This document shows positions 12,685 to 22,945 of a stretch of 64,000 bases of DNA, one piece after another. The DNA lies in assembly GCA_000165345.1 (NCBI GenBank), contig CM000432.1:960001-1024000 (forward strand), written 5' to 3'. Numbering within the stretch: position 1 is the first letter of the stretch; each line of letters opens with the position of its first letter. A program made the translations under genes and the position numbers. Under the pieces are notes generated by a model that ran no database searches, was not told where the DNA came from, and saw only the letters and a program-made list of their open reading frames with translations.

Positions 12685-13158
12685 ATGGATAAATTGGAAA
12701 TGTCAAATGAATGCAAGAGTTGTGAGAGTTACAAAAATGAAATTAACAAACTGAGGAAAGAAATTTACAATATCAGCAAATCAAATATAAATAGCCAAAG
12801 ACTTCTTGAAGAAAAATATACAATACAGGTTCAACAATTTCAAGAGGAAAATTACAAACTAAAAAAAACTGTTCAAGAATATGAAGAATATAAGCATAAG
12901 TCTGAAATATATTATGAAGAGGTTAACAATACCTTAATTGTTGCTAAATCGAAGCTTAAAGAGCTTCACGAAAGAATTACATTTCTGGAAAAGAGTAATT
13001 CCGAATTAGAATATAAATATAATGAGGCTAAGTCTCTATTGTCTATTCTAGTTGAACATAATAATTACAATTCGGAATTCTCCAGTAATAAAATACCTAT
13101 AAAGGAAAATCGATCTAATTATATTTATCAAATCGATTCCAATTCCATTTCCATTTAA
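12685..13158 (+). CDS. hypothetical coiled-coil protein
   Basis: 157-aa ORF with ATG; heptad-like K/E/L-rich sequence; no recognisable domain. Confidence 0.3.
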   Translation: MDKLEMSNECKSCESYKNEINKLRKEIYNISKSNINSQRLLEEKYTIQVQQFQEENYKLKKTVQEYEEYKHKSEIYYEEVNNTLIVAKSKLKELHERITFLEKSNSELEYKYNEAKSLLSILVEHNNYNSEFSSNKIPIKENRSNYIYQIDSNSISI

Positions 13159-13685
13159 GAGAGAAAAATCATATTTTTTCTAAATCTTTCTGCTGTTAAA
13201 GTCATTATTTGCATTACTAATATATTCATAATTTATCATTTATATTATCTTTTTAGATTATATGAACTATTTTGGAACTCATAGCATTCAAGAAAAAAAA
13301 AAAAAAAGAAAAAACATTTTTATTGAGCTTATAAAACTATTCATACTCACTCCAATAATTAACTTCTGATATTTCTTTATTATATTGTTACATAATTAAA
13401 TAATCTTTAACCCTTGAGCTATTCGTTCCTATTTTTAGTATTTCACTTTTTTTTAAATTAATTTATTCTAATTATTATAGTTCTATTCATTTAAAATAAT
13501 TAACAAATAAGGAAACAAACCTTTAATTGTTTCTAATACTTCCCTTTTCATTAAAAATATTAAAATTAATTCCCTTGAATCAAATAAACCTTTACAATTC
13601 TTGAATATTGATACCTTATATTATCTTGATCATTATTATTACTGTATTAGTGAAATTAATAAATATTTTGTTTGAACTTTTTTTT

Positions 13686-16271
13686 TTAAGCTGCAATATA
13701 AAATATTGCAATTGCACCAGCAATTAATAAAAATATTATACCAACAAATGAGAAAATAAATGTTGACTGAAGATACCAAGGCTGAGTGTCTTTATAGGCA
13801 TTAATTGAATTACTTTGAAAACTTCCCATATCATCATCACTTTCTCTCATACCTTGATTTATCATTCTCTGGCCATTCTGTAATTGACCAGGATTTGGCG
13901 CCATAGGGAACATTGGTATACCATATTGTGGTTTCTGGCCTGACATATTATTATTTGCATGCGATAAATATTGGCCTTGCATGTGGGAGTTTACGCGCCC
14001 ATTTTGTAATTGGTTTGCATTTATATACTTGGGTTTATGAATAATATCTTTATATATATATTTAACATTTCTCTTATTATTGTTTTGTTTAGATTTTTTA
14101 TGAACACGAATTAACTTAATATAATCATCATTATCATCGTCATCACTACTATCGTCACTATCATCATTATTGTCATCATTATCGCTTTCCTCTATTTCAG
14201 ATTCTTCGCCTTTAGGGTTAGATACCTTTGATTTCTTTTTTGTAATAATATCAGATTCTAGTATATTATTTGAAGCTTTTCTTGGAGTTCTATTCTTAAT
14301 GAAAATAGGAATTATCCTTTTTCGTGGAGTTTTTCTCTTAACATTTGGTCCATATCTTAATGATGGATCTTTAATTAATAAGAAAGGTTCATTTCTTCTT
14401 AATTTTGTATTGTTTGAAATGATGTTTGCTGCATTAGTTTGATGTGAAGAAGTTCGTTTAGGTTTTGCTTTTGTTAATGCTTGTAATATAATTGTTTTTG
14501 GTTGTGGCTTAGGTACTGTTTGCGCTTTAATTGGTCTTGTCTTTCTTACAGGTACTGTATATAGCATGAGGGTGTTTGGTTGTGTTACAGGTTGAACCAT
14601 AGTTTGTCTTGGCTGTGGTACAGGTACAGTTATAGGTTGAACCATAGTTTGTCTTGGTTGTGGCACAGGTACAGGTACGGGTACAGGTTGAGCCATAATT
14701 TGTCTTTGCTGTGGTATAGGCATAGGCATAGGCATAGGCATAGGCATAGGTACAGGTACAGGTTGAACCATAGCTGGTTTTGGTTGTGGTACTGGTACAG
14801 CTTGAGTCATAACTGGTTTTGGTTTTGGTTTAGGCTGTGTTATAGGTACTGTTTGTATTAAAATTGTTTTTGGTTGTTGTTTAGGTGCTGTTTGAGTTAC
14901 TATTTGTTTCGGTTTAGGTTTAGGTTTTGGCTGTGTTATAGGTACTGTTTGTAATATAACTGTTTTTGGTTGTGACTTAGGCACTGATTTTATAACATTT
15001 TGTTTTGGTTTTAGTTTCGGTTTCGGCTTTGGTTGTGTTATAGGTACTGTTTGTATTAAAATTGTTTTTGGTTGTTGTTTAGGTGCTGTTTGAGTTACTG
15101 TTTGTTTCGGTTTTGGTTTTGGTTTTGGTTTTGTTATAGGTACTGTTTGTATTAAAATTGTTTTTGGTTGTTGTTTAGGTGCTGTTTGAGTTACTATTTG
15201 TTTTGGTTTTGGTTTAGGTTTTGGCTGTGTTATAGGTACTGTTTGTAATATAACTGTTTTTGGTTGTGACTTAGGCATTGATTTTATAACATTTTGATTT
15301 TGAATTTGATTTGTAGAAAGTGATCTTTGATTAACAAAACCAACATTATTAATAGCAATCCCACCAGATTGTTGAATATTATTCATTTTCATTGTTGGTT
15401 TTGGATGAATTACATTCTGATTTGCAGAAAATGCTGAATTTGTACCAAAAGGTAAATTGTAGATATCAGGTTGAGATATCCCAGTACCTCCAGGATAATA
15501 AAAAGTAGGTAAGTTGTCTTTATTATTAACATTTGTTTTAGTATTAGAATAATTATTTAATCCAGTCTTTGGTTCATTTAAATTATTAAATATCAATTTT
15601 GGACCATTATTAACCATTTTTTGATTAGAATTATTTATTGACATATTCTTTTTCTCTTGATTTAAATTATTATTCTTTTTTATATCAAAATCGTCATCAT
15701 CATCATCATCTTCTTCTTCTTCACTTTCTCTACTGGAATAATCAAATTCTTTTATTTTCTTCATTTTATCTTTAATAACTTTATCTGCTGTTGCTGAATC
15801 TACTTCAGAATCATTACTATTTTCATCACGGCCAAAAGTAGGTCCTAAACTTTGAGATAAAAATCCTAGTTTATTGGCTGAATCTTCTGATACAGATGAA
15901 TCATCTTTTTCAAAATTCTCTCCACCAAAACTACCACTAGTACTTTTTTCTGAATCATCAAAATTTTCTGATTCAGTTAATGTGCTCTTTATTGATCCAT
16001 CCATCGTTGATAACTCTTTATTTTTATCACCAAATCCATTTCCTGATTCAACTTTTGCTTTTCCTATTGTATTTTTTAACAATTCCAATCCAAGTTCAAG
16101 ACTTTCTGAGCCTTCACTTTTATTTTTTTCAAATTCTGAATCACATTTTACTAATTTTATACCGATTCCAAAATTATCTCCATTAATAAATGATAAATCC
16201 AAACTCAATATCAGGAAATACAATGATAGTACCAATATTAATAGTGATTTACCTATTTTCCCAACCCTCAT
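13686..16271 (-). CDS. secreted or membrane-anchored repeat protein (signal peptide, Pro/Lys/Thr/Gln 32-aa tandem repeats, PV and PM dipeptide arrays, C-terminal TM)
   Basis: N-terminal signal peptide LLILVLSLYFLILSLDLSF; about six copies of TVPITQPKPKPKPKQIVTQTAPKQQPKTILIQ; PVPVPVPQPRQTMVQP and PMPMPMPMPMPIP blocks; acidic DDDDDD tracts; C-terminal hydrophobic segment FIFSFVGIIFLLIAGAIAIFYIAA. Confidence 0.5.
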   Translation of the reverse strand: MRVGKIGKSLLILVLSLYFLILSLDLSFINGDNFGIGIKLVKCDSEFEKNKSEGSESLELGLELLKNTIGKAKVESGNGFGDKNKELSTMDGSIKSTLTESENFDDSEKSTSGSFGGENFEKDDSSVSEDSANKLGFLSQSLGPTFGRDENSNDSEVDSATADKVIKDKMKKIKEFDYSSRESEEEEDDDDDDDFDIKKNNNLNQEKKNMSINNSNQKMVNNGPKLIFNNLNEPKTGLNNYSNTKTNVNNKDNLPTFYYPGGTGISQPDIYNLPFGTNSAFSANQNVIHPKPTMKMNNIQQSGGIAINNVGFVNQRSLSTNQIQNQNVIKSMPKSQPKTVILQTVPITQPKPKPKPKQIVTQTAPKQQPKTILIQTVPITKPKPKPKPKQTVTQTAPKQQPKTILIQTVPITQPKPKPKLKPKQNVIKSVPKSQPKTVILQTVPITQPKPKPKPKQIVTQTAPKQQPKTILIQTVPITQPKPKPKPVMTQAVPVPQPKPAMVQPVPVPMPMPMPMPMPIPQQRQIMAQPVPVPVPVPQPRQTMVQPITVPVPQPRQTMVQPVTQPNTLMLYTVPVRKTRPIKAQTVPKPQPKTIILQALTKAKPKRTSSHQTNAANIISNNTKLRRNEPFLLIKDPSLRYGPNVKRKTPRKRIIPIFIKNRTPRKASNNILESDIITKKKSKVSNPKGEESEIEESDNDDNNDDSDDSSDDDDNDDYIKLIRVHKKSKQNNNKRNVKYIYKDIIHKPKYINANQLQNGRVNSHMQGQYLSHANNNMSGQKPQYGIPMFPMAPNPGQLQNGQRMINQGMRESDDDMGSFQSNSINAYKDTQPWYLQSTFIFSFVGIIFLLIAGAIAIFYIAA
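14860..15250. repeat. tandem ~96-bp DNA repeat (about 4-6 units) inside the 13686-16271 CDS
   Basis: unit ggtactgtttgtattaaaattgtttttggttgttgtttaggtgctgtttgagttact...ggttttgg repeats head-to-tail with few substitutions. Confidence 0.75.
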
Positions 16272-16956
16272 ATTGGGAATATCTCCTCTTTTTAATACTT
16301 TTTCTGATTTACTTTCTTCAAATTTTTGTTAATTGGTCAACGGTTAAGTAAAAATCTCAAGCTTGATGATTATCTAACAGTCTTATACTGACAAAATATT
16401 AAATAACAATTTTCAATGCTCAATTTCTCGGTATTATTATTTAAAAAATTTTTCCTTATATATATATTTTTTTTTTTAATCACGAATTTTTCATTCCAAT
16501 ATTTACAGAGATCTAAAATTTTGGCGCTCTTATTTATAACTTATTTCCTTCAATTTATTCTTTATTTTTTGCATTTTTACGAGGATTATGTCAAAGTATA
16601 ACTTAATAATTTTTTTTTTTTTTTTTTTTTTTTAAATAATTTTTTTTTAAAAGTTCGTTGTTTCCCATCAATTTATCCGTAATTAATTACATTATGTAAA
16701 TCATATTGATTAAACCATTAATATGATTAATTGTCAATATAATAAGTAACTATTGAATTATTAAGTAATTTGTTAACATAAATTTTTCTTTTTAATATTT
16801 AATAATTTGAGATATGTCTTCAATAAATAAATCTTTAAGAAGAAAGTGGCATTANNNNTNGTTCATAACTGTAACTATTTTTAACATTTTAGTAAAAATC
16901 TGCAATAATTTTTTCTTTTCAAATCTTTTTTATTTATCATAAATTCGATACTTTAG

Positions 16957-16969
16957 TTGGCGCCAAACC
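16957..16969. promoter_or_regulatory. palindromic TTGGCGCCAAACC site ~120 bp upstream of the 17086 ATG
   Basis: only GC-rich 12-mer in a ~800-bp spacer of <12% GC. Confidence 0.4.
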
Positions 16970-17085
16970 ATTTACTTTATTTTCTTTGTACACACATTTA
17001 TTTAAAAAAAAAGTTAATTTCTTATGATTCTCAATCAATATATTATAGATAAATTACTGAATTTATGATATCAAAAAATAATTAA

Positions 17086-19740
17086 ATGAAAGACCACGGA
17101 GAAAGTATTAAAGATGAACTTCAAGCATATTATGGGGATGAAATATTAGCAAATAATACTGAATTAATTACCAACAATGTTACTGGAAGTGATGAAATTG
17201 AGGACGATCGTATTTTAAACATAGATTTTTCCCAGAAAGATATCGATGTTGATAAGATTTTTAATGATATTTTAGAAACAAAAACAATTAAGGAATTGTT
17301 TTTGATTAGAAAAGAATTAAATAAAATGATTCAAAATTACCAAGCTGAGATGCAAAAGTTTATTCATTCCAATTATAAAAAGCTCAAGTTTATTTCAAAT
17401 ATTCTTGATAAAAATATTCTTTGTAGTAATCATACCAATTGTAATGACCTATCAGATTTAAATTCAAATAAAATTATTAATTTTGTTGAAAATAACAAAA
17501 ATCTTGTGAATGAANAGTTTCAAGAAATTAAAAATAATATTTTCACCAATGAAAATAATAAAAACCTTGAAAAGTATTTGACCCAGTATCAACTATTTAC
17601 AATAGTTTCTGAACTAAGGAATTTCCATTTAATTCTTGAAGATTATTTCTCTATGCAAGATTATGAATCATTAATTAAAATGTATAATAAATGGAAAAAA
17701 CCACTTGAAATACTTTCTAACGATGATGATTTTAAAATAGAATTCCAAGAAATATTAAGAAATAGCAATGAAATTTTTGAAAAAACGATAAATACTTTAA
17801 AAAAGCAAATACTTGTAAATATTAATAAGAATTCAATATTACCAAGTATTAGTATTATCATTAAATCATATATTTCATTAAATAGTGAACAAATTGATTT
17901 TACCAATGATTTGATTTCAAATATTAATAATTTATTTCAAGATATTGTTAATGAAATTGTTATTAAACAACTTGAAAATTTAGAAGGTTCCAAAGTTGAT
18001 GATAAAGTTAAAATATTTTCAAACACTTGTAAACAATCATATCAAGAAATATTTATCCCTCTTAATTTCATAATATCAGAATTGAATAAAGATGAAATTG
18101 ATCCAATAATACCATCTTCCATTTTAAAAAACTTGTTTGAAGTTTCATTCATAAAAATTATTGAATTACTTGGACATATATTTAATTATGAGAAAAAGAA
18201 TCCAAAATTTGAACTAAATATGCAACCAATTTTACAAGGATTTGAATATCTCAACCAGTCAATTAAGGAACTTTTAAAAACTTTATCATTAACAAACTTC
18301 CATAAACATCCATCTTTTTCTTCAGACAAATTTAAATATATTGTAATAAATACCAAAAATAACTTTGAAAATAATAATATTGAAGTTGATGATGAATATT
18401 ATGATAGCAATGATAATATTATTAAGAGAAAATTCATTGAATGGAAAAAATATATTTTAAGTGATTTTCTCAAATTTGAAAATTTTGATTTGAGTATTAA
18501 AGAAATTTGGAATAATTTATTTGATCTTGTAATTAATTTGCAGAATACTGATATTGAGACTTTATTTATTGAAATCAATAAACAATTATTTAACAAATTG
18601 ATTAATGATGAATTATATAATATTATTAAGAACTATAAGGAATTAATTAATATAGACTTTGAAATTTGTGAAAACCTTGTGAGAAAAGTGATCAAAGATT
18701 TTTTTCAATCAATTATTTCAAATTCAATATTATATATTAATTCAGTATTTTTTAATAATATTAAAAATAGTGATCTTAATTTTAATTCCATTGAAAATTT
18801 TGATCAATTGATAGAAAAGATGAATCTTGAGCTTGAATATAGTCTGAATGGTAATAATATTTTTGACTTAAATAACCAAGATTGGATTGTTGAAAAATTT
18901 TCACTTGTTAATTATAAACAAAAAGCCATTTACTTTTTATCTATTATTATCTTAACAAGATATTTAAGAGATAATGCTCTTCCAGCATGCATTTCATACT
19001 TTTACAAATGTTTTTATGATGATAAAAGTGCAATTAAAAATTCAATAGATAGTATTGAATTTCTGGATTTATTTAATTCTGATAAAATTAAATATGAATC
19101 GCCAACAAACCTCAAAAATAATAGCTTTTACGAAGATGATGCCACCATGCAAATTGTAAGAATATTATATAATCGATTTGAAATCTTGTTTCTTAATATT
19201 TTCGTAATTTGGAATGTTCATGCCATAATACAAGAAATTTATGATCAGAATGATCTTAAAAGTGGGGAAAAAATACATATTGGCAAATTCATCGATTTTA
19301 TGCATTTAAACTTAATAAAGTTATTCAAATTTTGTAATATTTTATTCCAACCTCAATTTCAAAATTCCAATTATGTTAGAAAATCAGCAATTTCTGAACT
19401 TCAATTTCCAATTAAAAATTCTGAAAAGTCACAAATTTTTGCAAAGTGGTCCAATAATTATTATATTCTCAAAAATTTCGATCTTGATTGTACAAAAATT
19501 GTTTTCAATAAACCTATTTCATTCTGGTTTTCCCAAATTCTCCATGGGATCATCATCGAGACTATTTTCATTATCAAAAATAATAACTTTATAATAATTG
19601 AAGATGCTGATTCTTATGAAAAATCATTATCAAAATTCTGGAATAATATTAAAAATTATTTTGAATATGATATTGATTTTAATATAACCCATGCTTTATT
19701 TTGTCAGCTTTATAACACATTACTATTGCTAAATTTTTAA
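17086..19740 (+). CDS. vesicle-tethering complex subunit with Vps51/COG/exocyst-type N-terminal domain (exact family unresolved)
   Basis: 884-aa intronless ORF; N-terminal IKELFLIRKELNKMIQNYQAEMQKFIHSNYKKLKFISNIL resembles the Vps51/Vps67 (PF08700-like) signature (L..eL..l...NY..FI.as..I); remainder is alpha-helical and low complexity. Confidence 0.35.
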   Translation: MKDHGESIKDELQAYYGDEILANNTELITNNVTGSDEIEDDRILNIDFSQKDIDVDKIFNDILETKTIKELFLIRKELNKMIQNYQAEMQKFIHSNYKKLKFISNILDKNILCSNHTNCNDLSDLNSNKIINFVENNKNLVNEXFQEIKNNIFTNENNKNLEKYLTQYQLFTIVSELRNFHLILEDYFSMQDYESLIKMYNKWKKPLEILSNDDDFKIEFQEILRNSNEIFEKTINTLKKQILVNINKNSILPSISIIIKSYISLNSEQIDFTNDLISNINNLFQDIVNEIVIKQLENLEGSKVDDKVKIFSNTCKQSYQEIFIPLNFIISELNKDEIDPIIPSSILKNLFEVSFIKIIELLGHIFNYEKKNPKFELNMQPILQGFEYLNQSIKELLKTLSLTNFHKHPSFSSDKFKYIVINTKNNFENNNIEVDDEYYDSNDNIIKRKFIEWKKYILSDFLKFENFDLSIKEIWNNLFDLVINLQNTDIETLFIEINKQLFNKLINDELYNIIKNYKELINIDFEICENLVRKVIKDFFQSIISNSILYINSVFFNNIKNSDLNFNSIENFDQLIEKMNLELEYSLNGNNIFDLNNQDWIVEKFSLVNYKQKAIYFLSIIILTRYLRDNALPACISYFYKCFYDDKSAIKNSIDSIEFLDLFNSDKIKYESPTNLKNNSFYEDDATMQIVRILYNRFEILFLNIFVIWNVHAIIQEIYDQNDLKSGEKIHIGKFIDFMHLNLIKLFKFCNILFQPQFQNSNYVRKSAISELQFPIKNSEKSQIFAKWSNNYYILKNFDLDCTKIVFNKPISFWFSQILHGIIIETIFIIKNNNFIIIEDADSYEKSLSKFWNNIKNYFEYDIDFNITHALFCQLYNTLLLLNF

Positions 19741-19990
19741 TTTAAAAACTAATTAATTTTATCTTTATCATAATATTTATATTATTATTTAATTCATTTT
19801 TTTTCAAATTAACATGTATAAAACACTAAGTCACACATTACCGGTATTACATGTATTTTTTTTTTGTTGCATGCATTTCCACATAAATCAAGACACGTGT
19901 AGTAATAATAATTTTTCCACAATGTTATTATAATAAATAAAAAGAAATATTAATTTATATATATAAACATTTTTTTCACTAATACAATAA

Positions 19991-21733
19991 CTAATTTTGT
20001 AACAAATAATAATAATATGATTCGTAAGTATCAATATCACTAACTATATAATACCAATCATGAAGGTTTTTAATTATATTTCTAAGAATAATCATCTCAG
20101 CTTCTCTAACTTTAATTATCGGAAGTTGATGGATACTTTTATGTCCAAAATGATTTATAATATTGGCTGTAGATGATCTTAACTTATCTATCTTACTTTG
20201 AATTAATGAAATACCAATAGAAGCTGCATCTATTTCAATTTTTCTTTCTAATGGCTTTAATATTTGATATGGATCAATATTCAACAAAGTTTGTATTTCT
20301 GAATTATGCTTGATGTATGATAATAATTTTAAACAAAATGTGAACTTGTTATTAATAGCATTATTTTCTTCAAAATGAAAATTGTGTATTGTTCCTAAAG
20401 AACAATCGAATTTTTTAAGTAATATATTTGTTATATTACTATTAATTGATATATCTGATGATAAAGTACTATTTGAATATAAATGCCTAATTGATATCTT
20501 TTGATGATTGTCAAAAGATTCTTGACTATTATTCATCAAAATATTTTCTGGGAAAATTATTGGAAGGATCATTTTATGAGAATTCAATAACCACTGTCCT
20601 CTACTTATAAATATCTCTGAATCTGTCAAACTTTTATCATCTTTGTAAAGTATCTCCTCCCCTTTAAATATATTTTTCTTTGAAACTAGTTTAATTACCT
20701 GACTTATACTAGTATTATTCCCAAATCTTTCACCTTCAAAATTCTCGGTATTATTATTTACACCTTGATTTCTCGTATATTTCTCCAAAACTATTTCAAA
20801 ATTTGATTCTTTATCAGTTTTTCTAATAAATATTAGTGATGGAATAAAAGCAAGGCCACCATCAATTTCTATTGAATATGATCTGACTATCATATATGCC
20901 CATTGTATATCATATTGAGTTATTGGAGGGCCATTCAAATAATCTACAGACTGGGGAATTCCGAATTCACGTTTAATTATTGATGAATAAATATAGGAAG
21001 TCGCTAATTTGCAATGCTTCTCAATTGATTCATAAATACCTTCCATACTTGTTCCATATGATGCTACATCAAAATCTTTTCTATTCATTGAAAAGATTCC
21101 ATTATTCTTAAACCATTTTACTGATGGTAAAATTCTTATTATTGAATAAAAAGGGGATTCTGATGCAATTCTTTTATGTTTTAATAGCAATACCATTAGT
21201 CCAACTGTATCATCTATTACTCCCTTTTCTATATCCTTCATTATTCTTCTTTGAAGGCTTGTGTTTTTATGCTCATCTCTTGTAAATAAAATTAAATCAG
21301 AATTTAATTCTGAAATAGTTGAATTCTTTAAAATATGTTTAATAGTTATAACACTAATACCATTATTCTTTTGAGAAAGAGATATACGTTTCGTTTTTAA
21401 AATATCTGAAGTTTGAAATATGTTATTTACATTTTTAAATGTAAATTCACCTTCCAAAGGCTTTTTATCCAATGTAATATTTGTTATATTATCAAATAAA
21501 GTTAGTGCTCCAAATCTTCTAAATATAAAATCAATAATAATTATTCCCACTAATGCCAATAATAATAGGTAGGTAAAGCTTTTCTTAAATGTATTTGTAT
21601 TTGTTATTATAACATTTCTTCCACGACTACTATTGGAATGATAAGTATGACTTATTACTGGAAATGTTTTACTTCTTCTATGAGAATTTAATTCAGAATT
21701 TCTTACTTTTACTTTATCAAAAGTATTCAACAT
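19991..21733 (-). CDS. hypothetical membrane protein (N-terminal TM anchor); possible degenerate SET-like region
   Basis: 580-aa ORF with ATG at 21731-21733; TM segment FTYLLLLALVGIIIIDFIF; no confident domain match. Confidence 0.3.
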   Translation of the reverse strand: MLNTFDKVKVRNSELNSHRRSKTFPVISHTYHSNSSRGRNVIITNTNTFKKSFTYLLLLALVGIIIIDFIFRRFGALTLFDNITNITLDKKPLEGEFTFKNVNNIFQTSDILKTKRISLSQKNNGISVITIKHILKNSTISELNSDLILFTRDEHKNTSLQRRIMKDIEKGVIDDTVGLMVLLLKHKRIASESPFYSIIRILPSVKWFKNNGIFSMNRKDFDVASYGTSMEGIYESIEKHCKLATSYIYSSIIKREFGIPQSVDYLNGPPITQYDIQWAYMIVRSYSIEIDGGLAFIPSLIFIRKTDKESNFEIVLEKYTRNQGVNNNTENFEGERFGNNTSISQVIKLVSKKNIFKGEEILYKDDKSLTDSEIFISRGQWLLNSHKMILPIIFPENILMNNSQESFDNHQKISIRHLYSNSTLSSDISINSNITNILLKKFDCSLGTIHNFHFEENNAINNKFTFCLKLLSYIKHNSEIQTLLNIDPYQILKPLERKIEIDAASIGISLIQSKIDKLRSSTANIINHFGHKSIHQLPIIKVREAEMIILRNIIKNLHDWYYIVSDIDTYESYYYYLLQN

Positions 21734-21976
21734 TTATTTCATAGGCCCCTACTTAAATTGAGGATGTGTTTAAATAAAACTTCAAGATCTTTTTTTTTCG
21801 CCAAGCAATTTCTAATATAAATATATATAAATATATAGGTGCAGATTTACCACAAAAGGTCTAGTATTTCCAATTTTAATGGGTGTTATTGGTAGAAGAA
21901 AAAAATGATTCTTAATTTTCGATCGCCTTTAATATATATAAATAAATTTGAATTTTGGAATTACTAATTATAACAG

Positions 21977-21988
21977 AGCCCGCCCAAG
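21977..21988. promoter_or_regulatory. AGCCCGCCCAAG GC-box-like site in the divergent promoter between the 19991-21733 gene and the GNAT gene
   Basis: GC 12-mer ~110 bp upstream of the GNAT ATG; AAATGCATGA lies 25 bp downstream. Confidence 0.35.
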
Positions 21989-22077
21989 TTAATATTTTTT
22001 TAAATGCATGAAATTATGATAATTTAAAATTAAGATAAAAAAAATCGAAGAACTTTATATAATATCACGTAAGGTAG

Positions 22078-22554
<477 letters not shown>

Positions 22555-22945
22555 TAAAGTTCAAGCCATTGCTTTCTTTAGTTAGTTTTATTCTTAGATT
22601 TTTCTTGGTAAAGGTTTCTATATTTTACAAGTATTTTACTTAATTTTGAATTTTTGCATTTTATGTAAACTTCTTTCTTTTACTAAAAATATGTCAGAGA
22701 ATTCATATTAATATAACAATAGATAAACTTGCTGAACTTTATTTTAAGCCATTTATATCCATTTTTTTAATTCACTCGCTCTAGCATAATTTTCCCTGCA
22801 TGCACCTTATAATATTAAAATTTTTATTTTAGTTAAAAATGACGTGGAGGGGGATTTGGCGGCAAAAAATGTGCATATTAAATTGTGGGAAGAAGTTAAG
22901 GAAATTAATTCAGTAATATTAGTAAAAGAAATTTTTCAGAGCTCT

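Noticed and set aside
14170-16332. Sense-strand (+) ORFs inside the repeat-protein gene (14170-14442, 14580-14861, 15874-16332, 15980-16186)
   Set aside because: These are mirror-frame artefacts of the tandem repeats (for example WLWYRYSYRLNHSL) with no start context. The minus-strand ORF has a signal peptide, a TM segment and coherent repeats.
17661-19594. Short ORFs inside or antisense to the 17086-19740 gene, and similar 60-150-aa ORFs inside other long genes (24645-25142, 34985-36343, 36780-36977, 42494-42679, 45330-45578, 54226-55509, 57925-58141)
   Set aside because: They are nested in longer, better-supported ORFs, lack homology, and have composition-driven translations (Ile/Leu/Phe/Asn).
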